A stretch of 64,000 bases of DNA from contig KZ538193.1 in the NCBI GenBank assembly GCA_000934665.2, forward strand, positions 62,001 through 126,000, written 5' to 3'. The DNA comes from Catajapyx aquilonaris. Taxonomy: Eukaryota. Below, piece after piece: positions 55,941 to 64,000 of this stretch; positions within the stretch are counted from its first letter, which is position 1; every line of letters starts with the position of its first letter. The translations under genes were made by a program, and so were the position numbers. Below the pieces are notes generated by a model, which saw only the letters and a list, made by a program, of their open reading frames with translations, had not been told where the DNA came from and did no database searches.

Positions 55941-56561
55941 ACATAACATGTGTCCGGTTTAATCGCACCCACCATCCTCCATCCTTGTAATCTCCCGGAA
56001 GCCCACCCAGCCAAGCTTCACATATGCCCAACATCCGGTTAGGCTCGCAAAAGGCCTCCGAATGCAGCTCTGCGTTGTACCTGCAAAAGCCTGTGCTCAG
56101 CGCACTCCGGCAGAGGAAGGGGGGGTGGTCGGGGGGTGAGGGGGGGCGGAGGGGGTTGCCCAATCCCTACCCGGCGCCAAAATAAAGCCGGCGTCAAATT
56201 GGGCCAAAGGGGGGTTTCCCAGGAGGAAGGGCCGCCAGAATGGATTCGCCGCCAGAACAAAATCGACAGTTCTGATTGGCTGATTTGCGCCGCCTCTTGC
56301 CGCCTTGATCGCAGGGGTTGCTGTTGGAGGGGGGCCAGCTGGCAAGGGGGCTGGAGGGGGTGGAGGGGAGGCCACCAGTGTGTGGGGGCGATGACAAAAG
56401 TTGTGTGACCATCATGCCGTCCCATTAAAATCCGAGCTGCAATTCTTCGATCCGGGTTGGATGTTCAGAGGGTGGCTAAATCCGGGCGGTGCAAATTTTC
56501 GGGGCTCCAGTCTTGCGACCATACTTGCCGGCGACAGTAGTGCTACAAAAAGTCCTCGGTG

Positions 56562-56592
56562 ATGCTGAACAACATCGGAGGCACCGGTTTGG
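56562..56592 (+). CDS. otp: Orthopedia first coding exon (MLNNIGGTGL + 1 nt)
   Basis: ATG CTG AAC AAC ATC GGA GGC ACC GGT TTG G|GTGAGT gives a consensus phase-1 donor that matches the phase-1 acceptor at 61620/61621 (G+GC=Gly). An in-frame TAG lies upstream at 56538-56540. The MLNN(L/I)G start resembles arthropod Otp N-termini as I recall them. Confidence 0.72.
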
Positions 56593-59086
56593 GTGAGTGT
56601 TACCAATTATTTTAGGGGCGAGGGGCATCCACCCCCCCTCCACTATCCCCCGGCAGTGTTTGATTTCTTCATCAGGCTTGCAAATTCGCACTAATTGTTT
56701 GGGTTAGACGTTCATTAGAGGCATCCACTTTGATAGGTGAGCAAAGATTAAATTTAGAAAGGGGGGGTCCCGGATTAGTCCCGACCCATTCGGAGAGCTT
56801 GTCCGCTAAATACAATCAATTTGGGAGGAAACCGGGGAGGATGGGGGGGAAGGTGGTGGGGAGGGGGGGGGGAAACCATAAAATCACGGCAGAGCAATCA
56901 GAGTGTGCGAGCTAAATTAGAGAAAATACGCTGCTTGTCGGAAGGCATCGGGGGGGTGGGGAGGGGTGGGGAGGTGGGCCAAAAGTGGGGGTAAGAGGAG
57001 GGTGGGGGTGGTAGACAGTGTTTGGGATCTAGTCTATCTCGGTGGAAGGTTTCATGTCTTTGTGCGGACTTGGATTATGGGTGATGTGCCTTGGACCCAC
57101 CCTGGACCCAACGGGTGATGGGTATGTATCGGGTTTTTCCAAGATAAGCTCCAAAAATATTCTTGGGTCTCCCCCCCTTGGCATGGGGTGAGTCAGTCAA
57201 ATTTGGTCACCAGGCATTGGGTTCAGACCTCATTCGGAGTCATGTTGTCCTACGCGCAGCAGTGGTCCCTCTGGAACCAGGCCTATTCGGAGTTCATAGC
57301 GGCCTATGGATACACCCAGGATTGGACAGGTAGAAGCGGTTTTTAGACAAAAATTGCGGGGAGAAAATTTCCCAGCTTGCCTTGTACTATACATTAGTAA
57401 TAGCGTCCAAATTAGCGAACATCTTTGCGTGCAGAAATGTAAGAAAGAGCGTGAGACAGGTGCCGTTAGGTGCAGTGCGAGAGAAATAATTCAACAGCGG
57501 CTATCAGCTCGTAGAATCGATTAAGCGGAAATAACCGCCGGCACTGTTTATATACCTCACCAGTAAATCCTGCAAGTTGCTGCTTCCCTTTGATTACTGC
57601 AGGATATTGGCCCCCTTGTTTTCCTTACAATAACGATTGCGCTTAAATGGCCATCAAAAGCGATGTCCAATTATGCTGGGAGATTGCGGAGACGGGTTTC
57701 ACTACAATAACGTGTGGTTTTGTACATGGGGATGTAAATTGCCTGGGGGTGACCTGTGATTTTGGGTGAAGTGACTCACTGCTTGGTAACAGGTTTTGAG
57801 GGGATTTACTACCAGGTGTGCGTCAGCTTTTAAAAGTAGTCTGGAAGACGGTATATATTGTGCATCTGTCAACTTTCAGTTACTTCATTTTCAGCTGCAG
57901 CACACCACCTGGTAATATGATTACTCCCGAATGCATGCAACATGTTGATTGAGGTGCAAGGTGTCCGATATTCCTACAAAACTCAGCGAGATTCATTACC
58001 TGAACGTAATGCGATGTTCACTTGATTTCCCGGCCTCATAACGTATTGGGAAACTTTAAAAGGGAATTATGCGTATACTGTAGTTACTTTGTTTAAAAAT
58101 CTGCAATACATGGCGCGATCTGGTTGTTTTGGCTGGTCCAAATTTGTAGCCTTATTTTTGATATATCGGCGACGTTTATATTGAAGCCGAAAATTCCTGA
58201 AAATCCAACTAAATCGCGGAGGAAATCTTTTGAAGTGAATCCTTCAGGGCTATATAGCTTTCAGCTCCAAATCATGAATCTCTGGCTATTGCACCATATC
58301 ACTTATGCAAGACGTTCTCTGGGGAGAGGGGAGAAAGGAAAGAACAAAATCTGATATTTGGAACCTGCGGAATGATAGGACGGAGCATTACAGCATTGTT
58401 GGACGTTGCGACGTCGTATATAACGGTTTGATGCTGTCCAGGTTGCATGTTGGAATACGGCTGTGTCTTGTGGACTTTTTGCAGAATATTTGGCGAATAT
58501 TGGGCCTAACCTACATCGATGTAGATTCTCTACTAGTTGCACGTGGCAACAACGTATAGCCCACAACAAAGCTAATGTGAGATTTGAGGTGACTAGAGGG
58601 ACAGGGTGACCTACAAACCATATATTAAGCTATACAGTGAGATGTATGAGGTCGTGGATGGGATCCGCTTCACAGCCAGGCTGGATAATTTTTGCATTTG
58701 TTTCCATGTGCTTGGGCAGCAGGTCCCTTGTATATTCATGGGAAGGTGTTGCACGTAGTTGAGAAATATGAAATTTTGAATCAATGAAATGTGATTGTAA
58801 ATGTGGAATACCCATCACGGGAGACGTCCTCCACCTCTGTCATTATTTATGAGTTGGAATACTTCATGCGCTCTAGTAATATTATATAAATACCGGTGAT
58901 ATCATGAGTGATTTTGAAGCATGGACCGAATGTTGCGCTTACTGTTGTTTCCTTTTTTAAGTTAAGGTGGGAAAACCTGATCCTCCGCTTACCAATTGCG
59001 TGTATATACTTGTTTAGCCGCATTACTTGATGGTTTGTTATTTCAAAGTAATCTTCCCTTTGAATGAGGTCAGAAAATTATTTATA

Positions 59087-59347
59087 CATGGGTGTTCCAA
59101 GGTCGTTTTGATTTATCACTGATATCTCCCGAAGTATATAGGTTGGCACAACAAAAGCTACACAAAAAATAACTGCGGTACTTCTGGCGTTATTAGTGAT
59201 TAATAATACGACCCAATAAATGGCTATAGAATAGTGCACCTGGATCAGGGCGAAACTAACACAAAAAAACAGCATCATTAACGAAATTTCCTATGTATAT
59301 ATAACTAAAAGCCCCCACGATGCCACTGAACTTATTGGAACACCCTG
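59087..59347. mobile_element. Tc1/mariner-type MITE in otp intron
   Basis: TA|CA(T)GGGTGTTCCAA...TTGGAACACCCTG|TA. Confidence 0.72.
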
Positions 59348-61356
59348 TATACCGGTATTTGTAGTGGTGCCGGGTATTTTCGCCATATGAAGAATGATGT
59401 TTTCTAAAAAGCCTTACGTGGGACCCGGGACCCGTTTATACTGCGTATAACATCATTGCGTTGATTTGATGGTGTAATTTTGCATGGTATACAATATTAT
59501 TGTTGAAAGGTGTCTAATATTTACTTGCAAACACTTTTGTACTGGATGTGCTACGGTGAACTGCAATACAAACAAAATTGACCGATATTTGCAGCCATAA
59601 ATCTGTGTAATTGACAGCGTGGTTATTCCGAGAGGCATCTTAAATGATTAATTGGAATAACTGCATAAATCGGAATGTGACTTGCCCAGTGATGTACGTA
59701 GTAGGCCTACCAGGCGATGTATACCGAGATTTTATCATGTTTGTAATTAATCACAACTACTGAAGTTGCAAAAGTATTGTGACTCAGCCTATTTAGTACA
59801 TTCCGTGATTGACCTCGATTTCTCACTCATATCAATAAATTCTTAAATTGTCGTGGCCGCGCTTTCAAAACTCACCTGCACTTGTTAGATCAGAAGTCCA
59901 AATCGTGTGGCCTCAACTTCGAGAAAATTTTCCAAGCCACGATAAGCCACTTAGCGTTACCAAATTTATACACGGCAGTTTCGGTCATTATAAAAGGTAA
60001 CCATGTCGCCATATATTGCTGTAAGTTCATTAAGGCGAGAAAATTGCCCGATGTGAACTCATGGCAATATATGGCGACATGTACCACCTGAAAAGATTGC
60101 TTTATAATGTAAATAAATAGCTTCATACAGATTGTGTACGGTATACTGATGATAAGTGTTGACTATAATCTGTTGCTTTGTCCGATTTGTCAATCTCTGA
60201 GATTGTGGTTATTGGGAGTTTGTTCAGATTTTTAAAACAAAGATATAAGTTGCAGGATATTCTCGATCTGTTTATCGTGCCGAGTTCCGACCCGCGCGGA
60301 CAATCATATGAAACAAACAAGATATGTTTATTGCATATCGCCTATACTAATATGTGCCACATCTTAACTATTTTAAAAATTAACTTGTTCTCCCTCATCG
60401 ATGAACACTTCTTCATATGGAAGTGTTTTGTTGAACAGAGTGCAAAAATGATGAGTGCATCATGAGCCACAGCATATTGCGTTTGCATACGTGCAAACGT
60501 AATTAGAAGCAATCTCACGAAGAAATATTTAAGCACTCTGCAGAACAACTCGTACCATACATTATTTTTTCCCGGATGTTCTCAAAAGTGTTCCAAAGCT
60601 TTTTACATTAAACCTCCCCCCCTTCAGTAATTATTGCTGTTGAAACAAGCACCCTCGCATTCTGGAGTAGCCCTGCTGGTTGCAGCGTAAGTTAATGCAG
60701 CATGAGCCAATCTACGCACGGGCCCTCATTCAGACATCGTTTCATTTCGTTCCCAGTTATCCACTGAATATTTCAGAGGATGTTCAGCTGCGGTTATATG
60801 GAACAGGACTACCGGTTCCACCCTGTTTTTCACTCCGACGGAATATACGGGCGGGCTAGTGCTGTGCTGCGAAACATATGAAGACCATTCTAAATGAATT
60901 ACGTTATGGAACAGTTGGGGGGGAAAGTTTTGGGAGGGAGAAAGCAGCAAGAGAGGAGCAGGAGGAGGAGGAGGGGGAAAAGACGATGAGGAATTAAGTC
61001 CACACTTCTTTTTTGGGGGGGTCAAGACTTGTCAAGCTCTCTCCACGTGCGCTGCTGCTGCTGGGGAAACGATCTCGGGGTCCACTTTGGGCCAGGCGAA
61101 ACACCAGGAGCTCAAAATTCCCATGACGCTTTATGGTCATCTCCAGTCTCGATGGCGATAAATAGGCCGTAAGAGGACTGTTTTAAAAGCTTAATGAATC
61201 CCAACTTTCCGATGAAACATTTATCAAGCCCGCCTAATATGAAGGGGGGAAACCGTTCACACCCGCACTTTGGGAAGGGAATCAGCCAAAGTGGACATGA
61301 TCGGACAACCCGGAATTTTTAGTGTACTGTATACATCTCAATTAATTATAATTGTA

Positions 61357-61573
61357 CTAGTGAACCCGTTGCCAAAATTTGGCAGATCAGTATGACACAA
61401 TCGAACAATTTTAATGAGATGACCCGCCCATTTGCCATTATGCAGTACTGTTCATCGCACATATAGATTGCGCCTACTGCACACTCCTGCCACCCTCAGG
61501 TCGTGCGAGAGATAGTGATACTATCAGGTCGGACAAACATCCGACGGAGAGAATAAGCTTATTAGGAGAATGA
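61357..61573 (-). mobile_element. Non-autonomous Helitron, copy 2 (217 bp), in otp intron
   Basis: Minus strand reads A|TCATTCTCCTAATA...GCCAAATTTTGGC...TTCACTAG|T; similarity to 42473-42697 begins and ends at these termini. Confidence 0.8.
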
Positions 61574-61620
61574 TTGTCTGATTATGCGATTTTTGACGCT
61601 TGCTGTGCCCAAATTTCCAG

Positions 61621-61946
61621 GCCCCAAAGATGGCTGTGATGAGCTGAAGGCAGGGGACCTGAAAGCAACAGGTGCGGCCTCACTCGACGCCAGTGGCGGA
61701 CTCGGGGCGGCCTCGGGTCTCTGCTCGGATGCGGGCGGAGGCAGCTCGGGAGGCGGAGGAAGCACGGGTGCCTCATCGGCCCAGCAGGACGCGGACAAGC
61801 CCGTGAAGCAAAAGAGGCATCGAACCCGGTTCACTCCAGCACAACTCAACGAGTTGGAACGATGCTTCGCCAAAACACATTACCCGGACATCTTCATGAG
61901 AGAAGAAATCGCTCTACGCATCGGCCTCACGGAATCCAGAGTTCAG
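61621..61946 (+). CDS. otp: Orthopedia exon encoding a Gly/Ser/Ala-rich linker and homeodomain residues 1-46
   Basis: Acceptor TTTCCAG| at 61620. Encodes ...[51 protein letters not shown], the diagnostic Otp homeodomain (61809-61946). Donor CAG|GTGGGT falls at the canonical PRD-class intron position between residues 46 and 47. The VWFQNRR exon is not seen in the remaining 2 kb. Confidence 0.96.
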
Positions 61947-64000
61947 GTGGGTCCTCATATTTAAAAAGAAGAAAAAAAAGCTATGTGTGTATCACCATCC
62001 CCGAATGTAAATATTAGCCCCTCGCAGGTGGAAAAGTTTTGGGACAAAAGGCTGTTCGTTCCTCATGCGCGAACAGGACTCTCCCGGTAGTTGGCAAGTA
62101 GTTGCGGGACACTCCTTACTTCTCAAAAAAGAACTTCAAAGGTGAATGCCGATCTTGCACCTGCCGCCACTCTTTTGAAAAAAAGATGCGCGCATATTTA
62201 TGGTTTGTCCTCTAAGAGGGCTTTTATAGGCTTCTAGCATCCAGCCCCGTTGATGAGATGTTTAACTGCTCGTAGCTTCTTCCATGCGCGACTATCCGCT
62301 GACTAATTTTCCTCCCTCGTGCCATATTTCTCTCTCCAAATGAGTGTTATGTCAGGAACGACCGGGGTTGCACTTTTGTCATTTTAGGAAGCAGCAATAG
62401 GGCCAATTCGTCACCCTGGACATATCCGGGTTTGACATACTGTCTGTTGAAAACTGGGCAGATTGGCCAGATTTTTTAGTATGTGTTACGCAACATTTGG
62501 TGTTAGGAAATACCGTTTTTTTCTGAGCGTATTGGCAACGTTGGTCCAAAGTAGCGGCGTGCTTGCCTTCTTTAATGGCCCGCATGCTGTAGGAAACTCC
62601 GCCGCTCCTTCGCTCGTACGTGCGAAGTAATGAAAAGGCTTTTTGACGCCTCAGATGTGTTCGAGCCTCCCTGGCAAGCTACAAAGTACATATCTCCACC
62701 TACTCTCTCGGGTCACTAACCACCAGCTTCCCCCATTTTTTTTCTCTTCTGAACGCTCCTCTCCCTTTTCCTACTCAGGCATTTATTCATGCCGGATTGA
62801 GCACTATTACTATTACTACATCGGAGTTGATTAAGGATACTGTCTTCCATTAAGGACATCAAGGGCAAAAGGAGGGGAAGAGTAATTAGGTGTTTGAAGA
62901 CACACCTAATAAGGTGGCATGAATTTTTGAACATGCCATTAAAACTGGACTCTGGTCAGATAATTTAGCAGGGGGGGAAGTGGTAATTATTCCTTATCAC
63001 ATCCAACATTTTTACCATGGTTCAGGACAGACTGAGACGTGCGGATATATACACACACACCCCTGGATTGGAGGGAGGTTTTGTGTGGCCCAAGGTGTCC
63101 CAGCGGGCCCCCGACTTGATTATGCATTAATCAAGTACATCACAAACACATCTATGGCAAAATGGGCGTTTCGTGTAATCGCAGACTCTCGCAGGGTGGG
63201 TGGGTGGGGGTCGGGTGGTGTGGTTGGAGTTTTCGCTCGATATATCCGCCACGGTTTTGCAGCGCATGGGCGAACGCGTTTCTCAGCCGCCATTGGCCCG
63301 ATAGTCTCCCACTAGACTTGTTTATCATGTCAACCCCTCCTGCGCCTGATGGAAAACAAGCCGCCATGCTACTGCTGACTATACCTCTGCACAAATCCGG
63401 GATTGCTCAATTCCAAGCCTCATTACCTATGCATGGGATTATGTTATGCTGAACGCTTGTTATATTTATAGGCCATGGAAAAGAGCGTTACGATTGTAGT
63501 AATGCAACCGCATGAATGATGTATGCGAATTCTTTTTGGCGCGCAAAATTTTACTAGTGAGGGAGGGGGGTGGAGGAGAAGGATTTTCCGAAACCCTTTT
63601 CTGAACATGACTGCGGTTGGAAGGTGTTAATGATTCAAAGCCAGGCGTTAACCGTGAAAAGGTACATGGCTTGTAAATTTTTTGGGGTGTCGAACCCTAT
63701 GGGGTCAAACGCATAGGAGGGTGAAAATAATATTCGCCGATTGTCAAATAGCTTAGGAGGTTTATTAAAATTCACTGGTTGTCCAAATGGCTAGGAATAA
63801 GGGGAGTCATTAAAAATATAGTGAATCAAATAACATGAAGTGCAGACCATTGCTGATGCATCGAGTATAATTCCCACTGGTTAATTTTATTCAGTGAAAA
63901 ACTTCCACCGGATATCAAATCTCACTGAATGAAAGTAAAATAAAACATTGGGTGGAATTTTCGTCCCGCACTGCTAGTTACTGCTAACTTAGTAGTGAAC

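Noticed and set aside
61584..61620. ATG at 61584 as the otp start
   Set aside because: Lies in the branch/acceptor region ending TTTCCAG; a phase-matched upstream exon exists at 56562-56592.
61562..61873. Pro-rich minus-strand ORF
   Set aside because: Antisense shadow of the Gly-rich otp exon.

Overview
This is eukaryotic genomic DNA, probably from an arthropod-like invertebrate, and is almost entirely non-coding. It holds the 5' ends of two PRD-class homeobox genes arranged head-to-head. A first coding exon with an Rx-type octapeptide (HTIDAILG) lies on the minus strand at 8343-8673; its homeobox exon must lie left of the window. Orthopedia (otp) is on the plus strand, with a 31-nt first coding exon at 56562-56592 (missed by the ORF track) and a homeobox exon at 61621-61946; the rest lies right of the window. 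This matches the known homeobrain-Rx-orthopedia (HRO) cluster. The ~48 kb between the start codons has no convincing gene. It alternates GC-rich blocks full of TAAT motifs (candidate enhancers) with AT-rich spacers carrying small non-autonomous DNA transposons: Tc1/mariner-, pogo/Tigger-, Sola-, Harbinger- and hAT-like MITEs, one nested insertion, and two copies of a mini-Helitron. TA-flanked short words (TAGGCCTA, TAGGCTA, TACCGGTA, TACAGTA) are over-represented, and comparing two repeat copies suggests they are transposon excision footprints. I found no prokaryotic features, RNA genes or CRISPR arrays, and I cannot support a wholly new biological system. Transposon superfamily calls rest only on termini and target-site duplications (TSDs).
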